Assembly: GCF_006345805.1 (NCBI RefSeq)
Contig: NC_043001.1
Span: 93,248,001 to 93,312,000 of the forward strand
Source: Octopus sinensis
Lineage: Eukaryota
Direction: 5' to 3'
DNA: 64,000 nt
Position 1 is the first letter of the stretch. Every line of letters begins with the position of its first letter. A program made the translations under genes and the position numbers. Of the stretch, positions 39,168 to 54,574 are shown one piece after another. Below the pieces are notes generated by a model that was not told where the DNA came from, ran no database searches, and was given only the letters and a program-made list of their open reading frames with translations.

Positions 39168-41249
39168 CTCTCTCTCTAAAGGGCGAGGAGTAAATGTAGA
39201 AACAACGAATTTTCTTGAGTAAATTTGATCTCTCGAAAGCTTACTTGTTAGATAAATACTTTATCCCTCGGTCATTTACTCCTCAAAATCTTATAAACCC
39301 TATTTTGAGAATGCAGAAGACCAGGAGTTATAGGATTGAATTGACATTGTGATCATACAGATACTTATCTTATCGAATAAATCTATCTTCAAAAAGATGA
39401 AAATATACCGGAGTAAAGTGAGATTTGAAACGAGGACAAAATCAATTCCACCCGTACTCTATCGCCCCTAAGTACTGACCCTATAACCATTATAATTTGT
39501 CGATTTGTGTTTTGATGATAAACACGACAAATTTTCACTGGAGTCGATTAAATAAATTTCAGTCTATTACTCTTCCAGTAGAATAGATTGGCCTTTCAGG
39601 GATATTCACTAATAAATGATCTATCTTCGTGATATTTTCACCAGAACAGTTCTTACGAATGGGAAACTACGACGTGTAGTATTAATTATCTTTCTTTAAA
39701 ATGCATTCATATATTCACACATTCGTCTGCTGTAGCTCTGAAATCACTAATCATTAACTAGTGGTCCAATACTTACTTAATCCAATCAACCATTTCACTT
39801 CTGTGTAATCTAATAAGACTTCCCTACTTTTTCTAACATTTAAATCATTTCATCACATCAGAACACATTATATACTTCAATCACAGCTATCCGGTATCCT
39901 TTAATGCAACACGAACTAAATACTGCTATTACAACAGCTTGAGACATCCTTAATTATCTTAAGTATTCACCAATGAACTATGAATACAATGTATTAAAGC
40001 ATGTGGGTGAGGTCGTTGATGAGGTTGTGTGCGGGGCCATACAACTTACAATGTTTAGTTGCATCTCCTTGGATTCTGAATTACGTCAAAATTTTACGTT
40101 TCATCCAAAGTGGTCGGCAGAATAATGCAATAATGATTTAGTCATAGTAAGCATACCGGTATTCATGGCCCATTTTAGGGTTTATAAGAGTAGTGAGAGG
40201 AGGGGAGGTAAGTATTTAACACAGAGAGTTGACCCATGTACCTTTAATAGAAGGGACTCTACTAAAGGCACCCAAGGGCTAGGCGGTGGTTTGAAAGTGC
40301 ATCAAATTATATTCTTACCAGTTTTAAATCTATTTATATTTAACCTATTGGTTCCGAGAAAGGTTCCTTCGTTCATTCGTTTTAGAATTCATTTATCCAT
40401 AATGTCAATGCTTCGAAGAAGTCTTAGCTGAAGCTGTACATTAGACCTGATGCTCTTCCGGAAATATTGTTTTCGCTCTGATTTCAAATTACTTTTCCTG
40501 CCGAGTATGCTTTTCAGCGTTTTGGAAACGGTTAATACGATAAAACAAGTACCAGTAAGATTAGAGCGTCACGATAATCTTTAAAGAATAACCTAGTTGT
40601 ATTGTCAAAACAATGATTATACTGTAGCAAAACTATAATGTCAAGTATGATACATACTTTTGTATTTTACCAAATATGTTACAGTGAACTATATTCAAAC
40701 TATCTAATGGATTTAACTAAAAAAGAAACAACTAAAAAGTCATGTGACAGCCTTGTTGTTTGTTGATTAGTCATCCAGAATGACTTCAGAAAAATGGCGG
40801 CCATAGAGATAAGTGAGCGACTTGTCAAAGGCTAAAATACATCAGTAAGTGACAGTGAATAGAAGCGGTCAGCCTGGGAGATCAAAGCAATAAGCTTTAA
40901 AGTTCAAAGAAACCAGTCATAGAGATCTAAAGATTCATCATTTCATCGCTGACAGACAAACATAGAAATAGTTTTCGAGTATTTTGCCATTTTACTCGTA
41001 ATATATTGTGTGAACACTGAAGAAATCTATTTGAAAGTTTCCCGTTCATGCTGTAGCTGTGTTTTGTTTTTGTTTGTTGTTGGTGATGGTGTCAGTAGTG
41101 TTAAAGAATATGATGGTGAAGGTGGTGATGATTAATAGATAATGGATAATAACGTCAACAAATAAAGTGTGTAGTTACAACGATAAAGAATGCTGCTGCT
41201 ACTGCTGCTAAGGATAATAGTGATTATGATAAAGATGATGACTGATGAT

Positions 41250-41315
41250 GATGACGATAACCGTGATGATGATGATGATGATGATGGCTTAATATGACGA
41301 TAGTGATGATGTTGG

Positions 41316-41357
<42 letters not shown>

Positions 41358-41785
41358 GGATGAGGATGAGGATTGTGATGATGATGATGAGGATGAGGAG
41401 GAGGATGATGATGACGAGGATGATGATGAGGACGATGATGATGACGATGACCGTGATGATGATGGCTTAATATTACGATAGTGATGATGGTGATGACGAT
41501 GAGGATGAGGATGAGGATGAGGAAGAGGATTGCGATGATGATGATGATGAGGAGGAGGAGGAGGTTTTCGATGATGATGATGATGGGGAGGAGGATGAGG
41601 TTTGCGATGATGATGGTGATGATGATGATGATGATAATGACGACGACGATGAACATGGTGAAGGCGGGGGATGATGTCGATGCTGTTAGGCGAGATGAAA
41701 ATTATGTTTAATAATTGGTGCCTACTAGAGAAAATATCTCTAGGATGACGTATATGATGACGACGACGACGATGATGATGATGAA
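41250..41785. repeat. Compound (GAT/GAG/GAC)n low-complexity tract
   Basis: Direct reading. It is the source of the poly-His and poly-Met ORFs. Confidence 0.95.
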
Positions 41786-42388
41786 AAATACAAATTAAAC
41801 TCCATATAAATCACCACGAATACAATTTCGTTTGACTAAACACAAGGTCAATAATCGAAAAAGAGACACTGATAAGGTGAACAGGTGAACAGAAAACAAT
41901 CCTCACCAATAAGGTTTGAGGTAGAGAGTAGAGGGACGATACAACATAAAGAAAATACTTGTTATTGTTGCAAGCTCCCTGACCTTTGAAATAATGCGCT
42001 ATTGTTTTATGTATTGTTATAATGAGTTTTAATTTTCACTCATAAAACCTTTATAAGGTTTTATGTATAAAATTGAATTGTAAAATGAAAGGCAAAAAGG
42101 ATGCTAGGTTCCTATTTTCTTCAACTTCATCGATAATCGAAAGGAAATGAATCTTATCTCGGATTTCAAACTGATTTCAGACAAATATAAATATCAGTTT
42201 ACGAATGGTGCATATCTCAGTCTTCTTGCTGGACTAAATATCAAAATAATATTTTCATGATGTTCGAAAATATTAAAAAGGAAAGTACATTAAACGTTTA
42301 TTTTACTGAACTAATCTATACATCGACCTGACCTCATAATGAACAGAATAGAGGGGTTGAGATAGATAGGTAAATTGACCGAGTGAGT

Positions 42389-42427
<39 letters not shown>

Positions 42428-43478
42428 GGAGAGATGCAAGAAGACATTGACTGGAGAATAGGAGGAAAATAAGTCAACAAAAAATACTAGACATTATAAA
42501 GAGAGTGCGTCTTCAATGATAGGAAGAGGAGAGTAAGAAAAGAGATAGAAGAGTTGAAGATGAGATAAAAAGAGAAACAAGATGAGTGTTGGAGAGAAGA
42601 TCAGAACATATCAAAGAGAGTCAAATGGAAGAATAAGAGTGGTGTAGTAATAAATGGATAGTCGATGGAAATGAGAGAAAGTATAGGTATGTGTAGCAAA
42701 AGGGAGAAGTGAAACGCCGAAAAAGGAAAACCCCATAATGAAAAAAAGAAAAAAAGAATAAGTAAAGAGACGAATGTAATAATTTGAAATTGTGTGCAAG
42801 GGTAGGGATTGTAGTTCGGTCGAAGGTAATCGATTTTAGTAGGTGTAAAATGTAAAGTTCGAGTCATTGTGTCTCGACGTATATAACCTGGTTTTTATTT
42901 TTAGGACGGCAGAAAGAAGAAAAGCAAAAAAACAAAAAAAAGAATAAAAAACAAATACAGAAATGAAATCAACAAAATAAATATTATAACAAAAAAATTA
43001 GTTCAGTGGCTCCAGTTATTTTCACCGTAGATATTCTGTAAAACAAAAATAATATTCTCAAAATTAGATAAGTACCAGTATTGATGCGTTTAAGCTTCGT
43101 GGCGTTGGATGGGTGCTCTTTGCCAAGTCACTCTGTATCAATTCGCTTTTAGATTCTGATTCATTGTAAATTATCTCAACGATAGAAAAAAATACATTTT
43201 GGCAACTCATTTATATCCTGTAATTTCGAATACTATTTATACAGATTGCGTGATTCTGCTTCAGTTGCACGCATGCGTTTGATGTACATTTACTATTACC
43301 TATTACTAAGACTAGAAGGCAACAACTGGCGAAAGTACCAGAAAGCTTAATTTGCAATAAATATTTACCATGTTCATTATGTGAACTATTTATTGTTTTG
43401 CACAAACTGAGCAACGAATAAAGGATTGTCTATTTAAAACTAGTAATATCTATTAATAGGTTACTACAATTATTATAT

Positions 43479-43637
43479 GTGGAGGTGCAATGGCCCAGTG
43501 GTTAGGGCAGCGGACTCGCAGTCTTAGGATTGCAGTTTCGATTCCCAGACCGGGCGTTGTGAGTGTTTATTGAGCGAAAACACCTAAAGCTCCACGAGGC
43601 TCCGGCAGGGGGTGGTGGCGATCCCTGCTGTACAGTG
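43479..43637 (+). mobile_element. SINE family A, internally deleted, with a 13-bp target-site duplication (TSD)
   Basis: TSD ACAATTATTATAT at 43466-43478 and 43638-43650. The head is intact. Confidence 0.85.
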
Positions 43638-44112
43638 ACAATTATTATATTAGTGGTTACAGTTATTTGATGTGCCATTTTTTCAATATCTTCTTATATA
43701 AGACATGGGAACCCTGCATCAAGCTTGCACTGTAAAAAGCTGACTGAGACATATATACTTAACACTTATATTTGTATTATCTACTAAGTTTGAGAAAGCT
43801 GACTTTGATATCTACATTTATATATGTAGCAATATTTCGTTTTTGGAAATAGTCAAGACTATTGAAAAAGTTGCAAGACGAAAATTTTAGGAAAATAAAA
43901 TTAAGAAATAAGTGGAAATTTTACCGGTGAGTGTGTTAAATTATAAGGCACAAAAAGAAAATGACTCTCCCTAGACACAACAGAATATGCAGTAATACTT
44001 ATAGAAAAACCACACACACACAGAGTCAAATACACACACGCACACGCACTCGCACGAACGCACATGTATGTGTGTAAGTATATGTCTGTCTTCTATCTAT
44101 CTATCAATCTAT

Positions 44113-44153
<41 letters not shown>

Positions 44154-44160
44154 TTCCTGC

Positions 44161-44221
<61 letters not shown>

Positions 44222-44602
44222 AGTTTATGGGCATCTAATGCATTTGATGTACATTTACTATCACCTATTACTAAGACTAGAAGTATCAGAGGTAGCCAAA
44301 GAAATCAACATGAATCAGCAGCAGCGGCAACAGCAACTGTATAAGTTGTAGGTGTAATGTTAGTTGTAGTAATAGTTGTTTTAGTTGTAGTAGAGGTGGT
44401 AATGGTGATTTGGAGCATAATCACAAGGACTTAAGTCACCTTCTACAATTAACTGGTGTGTTATTTTACTGAGCCTGAAAAAAGAGGAAACTCAAAATTG
44501 ACCCTGGCAGGGATGGGAGCAGAAATTTACATTTCATGACACGATCTCAGGATTCTGTCACCCCACTACTACTATTACTACTACTACTGATAATAATAAT
44601 AA

Positions 44603-44727
44603 TGCCCTGATGTAGTACCAGGTAGTGGCTCTCGTGGCTTCTAATCTTAACTGATTGGAAGTGTTATCATGTACATGTTTTGTCTTGGTATGAAAATATG
44701 GTCTACAGAATGTATTCTGCTCAATAA
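44603..44727 (-). mobile_element. Truncated copy of the (ATT)n-flanked element at 1261-1814
   Basis: TGCCCTGATGTAGTACCAGG...CTTAACTGATTGGAAGTGTTATCATGTACAT is the reverse complement of about 1690-1814. Confidence 0.85.
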
Positions 44728-44770
44728 CTCACTGAATTCCTCAATCAAAGGAGCACTGGCTTTTGTGACA

Positions 44771-45117
44771 TTCTTTTACTTGCTTCAGTTATTTGACAGC
44801 GACCATGCTGGGGCACTGCTTTTAGTCGAGCAAATCGACCCCCAGGACTTATTCTTTGTAAGCCTAGTACTTATTCTATCAGTCTCTTTTGCTGAACCGC
44901 TAAGTTGCGGGGACGTAAACACACCAGCAGCGGTAATCAAGTAATGTTGGGGTGGGGGTGGGTTCATAGACACAAACACACACACATATATACGACGGGC
45001 TTCATTCAGTTTCCGTCTACCAAATCCACTCATAAGGCTTTGGTCAGCCCGAGGCTATAGTAGAAGACACTTGTCGAAGGTGCCTAGCAGTGGGATTGAA
45101 CCCGGAACCATGTGGTT
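44771..45117 (-). mobile_element. SINE family B, head partly missing
   Basis: Colinear reverse complement of the B consensus. Confidence 0.88.
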
Positions 45118-45586
45118 CATTTGCCATAGAGGCAGTGCAAAGATGGGTAGCTTTGCGGGCTGGACAAGACATTGATGAGGCGAATGACTTACTACACATC
45201 GACATCTGCGCCTGTATACCAAAGACACTTTTTTTTCTGGTTGTGACATACACACAGCGATTATTTCGGGCTCAACACGCTAGCAAAACAGTTTATCGGT
45301 TTTTAATTAGTTATTTTGTTTTTTAAGTGGGACGAAACACATTTGTGTCAGTAGCCTTCTGCAGCTTTCCAATGAAAATTAAGTATAGAAATATTCTAAA
45401 CAGTATATGAAGGTAAAAAATTATGGGAAAAAAGAACAGGAAAATAATCTTTAGCTTTCTATGTAACGACTCTGTACAAACACAACACAAATACATACGC
45501 ATTCGCAAAACAAACTTTCAAACTGGAATTAGCCGCACACTTTTGCAGAAACTTAGCAGCTCATAAAAACGTGTCTGTTGCAAGCA

Positions 45587-45626
<40 letters not shown>

Positions 45627-46243
45627 TAATAATAATAATAATAATAATAACTACAACAACCACAAGAACAAAAACAAGAACAACGACTACAACATTCTTT
45701 TGAGGCTGCTGTTTGTTGCTTAACCCCAGTCAACGGTCTTTCAACAAAAGTTGCAAAGTTTCCATTGTGCCTCATTTCCATTCAAAGAAACCGTAAAATT
45801 CTTGTTTAGATTATTTATTTATTTATTTTTATTTGCAGTAGCGGTTTGTGCGTGAGAAGCATAAAGTCAAGTGAATTGTGGTGTAGAACGATGTGAAAGA
45901 AGAAAAATAAAATAATGAGAAAAGAAAAGTAAAATGGAAGAAGAAAGACGAAAATATAAATATTCTTAGACCTAATGTAGCAAAGAATCGCGAAAAAAAA
46001 AAAAGAAAAAAAAAAGAAATAGAAGAAGGATGAGAAAGGGAAATAACAATAAGCCGAAAAAAAAGAAAAGAAGACAATGAATTCGTTTGATGGTCAGAAA
46101 AATTGGTTCGATTCGACCTCAGCGACAGCTGTTTCTTATTACAAAGGCAAATGCGACTGTTTTATTGGTATTTCATACTAAGCAACACGGAATTGACAAT
46201 AGGAAGAGAGCCAGAGACACCAAAAGTGAATGTAAACACTGAC

Positions 46244-46278
<35 letters not shown>

Positions 46279-46496
46279 ATATATATATATGGGTTTTATA
46301 TATACATATGGTTTATATGTATATATATATACTTATGTGCGTATATATATATATATATATAATACTTATATATACATATACATACATATATATATGTGCA
46401 TACATATATATATCTGACTATATATCAGTTGATGTCTTTCTCTCTCGCTCTCTCCGAATACACACACACACACACATACATATAAATATATATAGA

Positions 46497-46682
46497 GCGG
46501 CGAGCTGGGAGAAATGCTTACTGGTATTTCGCTTATCTTTACGTTCTGAGTTCAATTTCTGACGAGGTCAACTTTGGCTTTCACCCTTTCGGGGTCGATA
46601 AATGAACTACCAGTTGCGTACGGGGATCGATCCAATCGACTGGTCTCCTCCCCGAAAACTTCGGTCCTTGTGCCTAGATTGT
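46497..46682 (+). mobile_element. SINE family D
   Basis: GCGGCGAGCTGG...GAAATGCTTACTGGTATTTCG...TTCTGAGTTCAATTTC...CCTTTCGGGGTCGATAAA. Confidence 0.85.
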
Positions 46683-46813
46683 ATATATATATATTTAGTT
46701 GCAGACATATATAAACTCACACACATACCAACCTATCTCTCCCTTTTTCTGTAAGTCTATACATGAGTGTGTGTGTGCGAGAAAAAAGAAAGATAGATAG
46801 ATAGATAGATAGT

Positions 46814-46844
<31 letters not shown>

Positions 46845-49547
46845 AGGGAGAAAGAAAGAACATGAATACCAGCTGACTGTCTATACGCAGGCTCAGAGTT
46901 TCATAGTGGAAACATGATGCACTTCAGAATCACACCCGGTTTCACACTGGCACGATAAACCTTCTGAGAACTAGTGAGCCTGTACGCTTTCATCTTGCTT
47001 TACACATTACATTGGATTGAATATTTTGTATAGACTAACACTACCATAAACACATACGTATTCACACACACACACACACACACACATATACATTCGAACA
47101 TACATCCCCACATAGACATGCATAAACACGCACGTGCACATACATGTAAAATATGGAAAATGTATATGAATATATATATATGGTATTTTTTCATAAGTTT
47201 AAGTTCTTTTTTGCAAGGCGATATAAACTTACATGAAATTCTTGATTCATGAGATTATCTCCCTTTCTCATACAGAACTGCTCTTGATTGTCATTTTGGT
47301 AATTAAGTCGCATTCTCCACAGGCGGAGAAAATGATAAAAAATCTAGAATTCCTCTTGTATTGTATTTGATATACTGTATATGTCTGTGTTATTCAAATA
47401 TATGCCAGTGGCTACTCTGTGATATTTCTGTTGGCTCAAGCTTAATGAAATCAAGTACACATACACTCACCCAGATAATGGGTTAAGTATTATGAGAAAT
47501 ATGCGTTTGCTGATATATAAATGCAATATATAACGATATGTACACAAGTATGCACAACGATGTTGTTTATGCCATTAATCCAATTCCACAAGATAATGCT
47601 CTAAGTGTCGAATCATTTAAATTATTCGATTGCATAAAAAACCCGACCTCCGAATTGTATATTTGGCAAATATTTCAGAGCCATTATTCAATTGCAAGAT
47701 TATGTCAAAATAAATGTGAATATGATACTCTGCTCAGAACAGTTGTACGTAATATTAAAATCGAACTGGCTTCTCCAAGCAGTAGAAAACTTTTTAATTG
47801 CCATGTTTGTAGATGTGTAGCACTACGTTCTTAGAATTTCCTCATCTTCAGTGGCAGTGTCGCTATTAAAGCAACCAATGACTTAAAATCGTATTTGTAA
47901 TATGGAGGTCACACATTTATATTACATTGCCCGACATAATTGTGTCACTGAGAATATATGCTGACGTATTTGCTTATAAGTCATAAGTGGTAACATGCTG
48001 TTTGTATCAAAAGAGTTTTAGAAACTTCGACAGATATGACATAAAACATTTAGAAACTAGAAATTCTAGCCTATATTCTCAAATGATACCCTATAATCTT
48101 CACAAACAGTGACATTGTTTAATGAAGCCTTATATAATATTAAAATATAGGATGGTCATACTTGAATCCAAGCTGGTAGGTCTGCTGGCTTTGTATTAAC
48201 AATAATATAATCAACAATACAGTATCTCGTGTTGAATTGCATTTCACTCCCGACATTCAATGAAAATTCTTTAGGTATTCGAATCCAGAAACTATCTATG
48301 TATATTGAGAATCCCATCAATTATAAACCATGGCTGGCTTTAAAATTAAAAGAAAGAAAATATCTATAATAAAATTGAAGCATTCCCTTCCACCGTTCAA
48401 AGAGTTATTTCCAATATATTCCTCCTGGACGTTCATTTTATAGAGGTTTCACAAATCGTATATCTTAATGCCATCTTTCCTATGTTACTTATTTGTGAAT
48501 GATCTCATTTTCAGTTGTTCTTTCAATCTATTATTTCTTCTTTTATGTTTCTCGTTTTCGGATATCAATAGCACACAGTATCTTGCAAAATAGCCCCAGA
48601 AAATGTTATCTTCTGCTTAGAAAAGTTAACTAGAATATTCTTCTTATTTCGGAAGTTTCACTAGGAAAGCTTTTTTTGGCTATAGTAATATATAGATTTT
48701 AAACAATACACGTCTGTCTAATTTTATCATTTTGGCTAATGAAACTGACCGATTGACACAACAGAGTAATATATAAGCACACAGCAATCATACAGTTATT
48801 TCTGTAGGCTTACATATACACACACATAAGCACACACACACATATACACGCAAACACGTATTTATTACACACACAATGCCAAAGTAGATCATATGACACA
48901 TTACTATTCATTCGGTTCGCTTTCTTAACATAAGAAAATATATCTTATTTATTTATTCATTCATTCGTCTGACAATTTCGAGGCGTCCATTACAAGTAAC
49001 ATTGAAAACAATAAAAATAATGCAATATAATTTTTAAAATGAAGACCAATAAAAAGTATAATGATTACCAAAAAAACAAAACCAAAAAAAGAAACAAACA
49101 GACGATAAAACCCACAACAACAACAACTGTAACTGCTATGTGAATGGTAATTACAACAATACAGGAATAAATATCTGTTATAGTTTATATCGCGAACTTA
49201 TTAAACGTATAAAAGCGGCCGCAGTGTCACAATAAAGTTGTTATCAAAATCTCTATACCGTTTTTCACGGCAATCATTGGCCAATTGAATTGATTTATTG
49301 AACTATACGCATATAAACTCAGCCACTGAAGAACACACCCATACACACACACACAGACACACGCACACATACACACACACACACACACCACACACACACA
49401 CATATATATATACACTCTGAAGCAAATATAAATATGCGTCAATGATTGTCTGCAAACACGTATATGTATGTGTGTACGTATGTATATGTTTGTATAAATT
49501 CATACATACGCACAAATACAGACACATAAATATATACATAGTAATAT

Positions 49548-49594
<47 letters not shown>

Positions 49595-51354
49595 TTACAA
49601 AAAGACACATAAACATACTTGTATATACATACACAGACACACATATATACATTCATACACACACATATATCCTATGTATAATCTTACAAATACGCATGAA
49701 AAATCGCAAGAAAATATATGCCCTCTCTCTCTCTCTCTACACTCATAAACACACACATACACACACACACTAAAACATACGCACTAAAACCCATGCCATA
49801 CAATTATACAACTAGACACCCATGCATATATAACATAATGGCCTTTAGCTTGACTCCAACGTTTTTGCCTTTTAATTTCTAATTCTTTCTTTCCTTTCAT
49901 ATTGTTTTTCTTATTTTTTCTTAGCGGTTTGTATTCTAGCGGTACCGAAGATTAGTTAGTCATAGTAGTATGCAATGCAGTTATGCTAACTCCAAGCTGG
50001 TCTACGTGGAAATGCAGTTAGACCTCGGAGGATAAAACATTGTTTGCGAATGAAAGGTCTTGGTCTTAGCTCTCTTGGAATAATGTTTTATTTCTTTCTC
50101 TGTCCATTCTTTGATTCACTGAAGTCAGGAATCAACGATTTATATTAACACAACCATCCAAACTAAATAAGAAATGATCGATGAAGGCCAAACCTGCAGA
50201 GAATGTTTATTGATGCTGTAGTTAGAAAAAGAAAAAAATATATATGAAAAGAGGAAAAAAAGAGATGGCTATTTCATTTCGTTTATTACAGCTCTGAGTA
50301 GAGTAAAGGACGTTCGTTGCTACACTTCTTCCCCGCTATCGTCCTTATCAAAGTCAACAACATCGACATCCCCTACATCAATACCATCATTCCAAAAAAA
50401 AAAAAAAAAAAATCAAATCATATCACCAACATCATAGCACTTACAGTAAGAAATCGATTTGCTAATTTATTGCCCCCGGCGCAATGTAATAATAGTAATA
50501 ATAATAATAATAATAATATTAATAATAATAATAATAATGTGTTTTTTATCTGCCTCAAAGGCGACGTATGAGCAGACATTACAAGGACAAATTACAAAAG
50601 GAAAATGAAAGGAAAAAAAATAAAATAAAAGAAGGAAAAAACCGGGTAGAGATTTCCATGCAATCGAATATGAGAGAAAAGGGCACGAGAACCAACAGTA
50701 TTCAGAGAAATGAAATAAAATGTTTCAATATGAGAACAACTACCTAGGGTCAATCAGCAAAACCTTCAGATCCCTGATGACCTTAGCTGCAAAAAACAGT
50801 TATGATTATTGCATTTTAAGCGTTATAATTCTATATTTGGTATAATCTTGTCTTTAATAAAGTACTATTCTTAAATTAGAAATTCTCCTGAGATCCAAGG
50901 TTATCTAAAATCAAAAATATTTTGTCTTCAAAATTTATGTGAAAATATACACGTAGCATCCAGTTTTGGTGCAGAATGTAAATGTAAAATATATACAATG
51001 TATAAAAGCATATTCCTCTCCTGCCAATCTATAACTTTTTTCTTCTTTTATTTACATGACCTGACGAGTGAAAAGTTCCTTCTTTTATACACCATTATCA
51101 TTTTTGTTATTTAGCGGTTTATAATTTTCGAGTGATGCATATTTTTGAGCACCGCAATATTTGTACATTTTATGCATCAAATGTAAAGTACACATTCCAC
51201 TGTTGACGTTGGCCTGAATAATATGGTTTTATTGGTAGCGCTTGTCAACATCGTGTGGGAATGCAAAATCAGTCTGATATTATTATGGCTTTATTAAGAA
51301 CTGGAGGTCGATGTCATCGACCAAATTCCTCATCCAAACTCAGAAACAATAATT

Positions 51355-51405
51355 CTTCTTCTTCTTCTTCTTCTTCTTCTTCTTTTTCTTCTTCTTCTTC
51401 TTCTT

Positions 51406-51436
<31 letters not shown>

Positions 51437-51624
51437 TTTTACTTTTTCTTCTTTTACTTCTTCTTTTTCTTCTTTTTCTTTCTTCTTCTTCTTCTTCTTC
51501 TTCTTCTTCACCTTACTACTACTATTACTAGTACTACTATTACAACTACTACTACTGCTACTGCTGTTGCTGCTGCTACTACTACCACTAATGCTGCTGC
51601 TGCCCCTCCTCCCCTCCTGCTACA

Positions 51625-51655
<31 letters not shown>

Positions 51656-51745
51656 CACCTACTGCTGCTACACTACTACTACTATTACTACTACTACTAC
51701 TAATACTACTACTACTACTAGAAGTAATAGTAGTAGCAATAGTAG
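51355..51745. repeat. (CTT)n followed by (CTA/CTG)n and (TAG)n
   Basis: Direct reading. Confidence 0.95.
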
Positions 51746-52921
51746 TTTCAGTGGTTGTTATAGAAATATTTTCCAATGATTTTATGCCATGCGTGGTGAT
51801 GGTGAAGGACAAAGACAGAAGTACGCCATATTAAAAGAATTCAAAGTTAGAAATGGGCTCTTTCCTTTTCCTTTTCTTATTTTAAAATCAGATTTAAAAT
51901 CGATTCTATTTTTCTATTTCGACTTTGACCTTCGTGGTTTGTAACTGGACGCAATCTATCTATTGAAAACATCAGAAGAATTCTCTGGCTCTTAGTCAAC
52001 GAAAAATAAAACCATGAATAAATAAATAAAGATAGTGTCACCATCGTTACTATCAACGTAGGTATCATCATCATCATCATAAGCAGTGTTGCATTCACCG
52101 ACGTATGAATTTTTGCATCATTCGCTTCTGTCACATTACAAGCAATATTACTTACTAATCGCCATAGGCCTATATTTAAAAGGATCCAGACTTTGCTGGG
52201 TAGAAACACATTTTTTACATTTTTATTTCTGGTGAGTACCCTGATATAAAGAATTCATTACAAGCGAAACGTGTCTATCGCTTGAAACAAGCGTATCATT
52301 TTATATATATATAATTATACACAATAAATGTTTTGTTTTTTTTTTGCAGAAGGGGATATTTTCTAAGTGTTCTCTATCATTAACCTACAAGAAGAATTCT
52401 TGGTGATTATCGCTGCACATGTGGCTTTCGAGTAGTAAATTATCCTGATAATTCACTAGGTTGGTTGCTGGCACCGTCATTAACTGATATAGAGCTTATC
52501 AGTACTAAAAGGAAGCGATAATACGATGCATCTGAAAGCTTTCGTGACCAATCTCCATAAACAGCTTTCTGAATAGATCTGTTCTACTAAATTAACTCGA
52601 TTTTAAAACAACAATATCAACATCCACTGTGTGTGCTAGATATTAAGCAGAATAAAAGATGCGGAATGCAAGAAAACGCGAGCACACACACACACACACC
52701 AAAGTATATATATATGTATGTAATATATATATATATTATATATAGATATGTATGTATATATATGTGTATGGTGTGTGTGTATATATATATTATATATATA
52801 TATATATATATTAATATATATACCTGTATGCACACACATGTATATACACACAGTTAAACTCACACATACATACGTACGCATATGTATAATACATGCGTGT
52901 GTGTGCTATACGCATATATGG

Positions 52922-52955
<34 letters not shown>

Positions 52956-53072
52956 ATATATTATATAGATACACATATATAATATACCAACACATATATG
53001 CATATATATACATATATATATTATATAGATACATATATATATATTATATATAATATGCATATATGTATATAC

Positions 53073-53112
<40 letters not shown>

Positions 53113-53173
53113 TTATATATGCATATACATATATATATAAATGCATCTACATATATATATGCATATACATATG

Positions 53174-53216
<43 letters not shown>

Positions 53217-53230
53217 CATAGATACCCACG

Positions 53231-53264
<34 letters not shown>

Positions 53265-53771
53265 CATATATGCATACTAGCACACGTACACACATACATC
53301 ATATATACGCACACAGTTATATATCATATGTGCATGTAGACTATGTCACAGGTTGGTATATACAGATAATCTTTTTGAACTCTATGTTCATATGTCTACA
53401 TGAATTACTCGTAGGTGTAGAAAACATTCAATCACGAGTATATAGTTTCTCTCTCACGCATGCTCCTCACACACACATACGCAGACACACATACACACAC
53501 ACACAAACACACATACAAGAATACATATATATATATATACAACATCACACTCAGACAAACTCACTCATACATGTATGTATTCCTCACGCTCGCATTCACA
53601 CAAGCACATTCCAAGACTTACGTACATAAGCGTTTACACAATTTGCCTGTAATATGTCGAAAGCTGAAGTGATTAATCGTAATACTCATGCAATTTATTA
53701 TATTGTTTTCGTTTCCGCTCGCTCGTAAATAGATAACAATGGATAGGTGAATACACAGGCTGATATCTATA

Positions 53772-53814
<43 letters not shown>

Positions 53815-53960
53815 ACACACACACACACACACACCCACACACAACACAACACACACACAAACACATACACAGTTTCCACAAAGGTTGCACACAAGCTCAC
53901 TCAGTTACACACATATATATGCACCTATACAAACACAAAGATTCGTATATAATATATATA

Positions 53961-53991
<31 letters not shown>

Positions 53992-54516
53992 GATATACAC
54001 ATATGTGGTGTGTGTGTGTGTGTGTGTGAGCGGAACTAACTAACTATATATTGTATATATATCTATATAATATATAATATATATATATATATATATAATA
54101 TATATATATATATATTGTGTGTGTGTGTATTTCTGTTTTGTATAAATCTCAGTCACCACTCCGTGAAAACCATTGGGTTTCTTGATAATGGAATTATTCC
54201 AGAGCTTTCTCCAATTGTATGAAGGCGGTGTAAATTCATGAAACGCGAGCCAACATCAAGAAAAATCAAGCTTTCTGATAAAATGTACACATTGGTTACA
54301 AACAAGAAGTGCCAAGGGGCTTTTCTCATACTCGTTATCACCAGACAAACACACATATACACACAAATACGCGCACAGACATTCACCACTACAAACGCGC
54401 ACATGCACATGCATACCTCCCTCCCTCCAACCCTACCTACCTACCTACCTACCTACCTATCTACCTACTACCTACCTACCTACCAATCCTACATACATAC
54501 ATACATACATACATAA

Positions 54517-54549
<33 letters not shown>

Positions 54550-54574
54550 GTATGTATATATATAAAAACATATA

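Noticed and set aside
40180-40214. Micro-exon candidate with a strong GAG|GTAAGT donor
   Set aside because: About 29 nt with no recognisable peptide; expected by chance in 64 kb.
40791-40803. YY1-like AAAATGGCGGCC / possible start codon
   Set aside because: The ORF stops after 13 codons and there is no other promoter evidence.
46888-46983. C/D snoRNA-like layout (ATGATG...CTGA with flanking CAGGCTCA/TGAGCCTG)
   Set aside because: The C box is imperfect, the terminal stem is not adjacent to the boxes, and no guide target is recognisable.
47538-47834. 98-aa non-repetitive ORF
   Set aside because: No recognisable family or splice context; the length is within chance.
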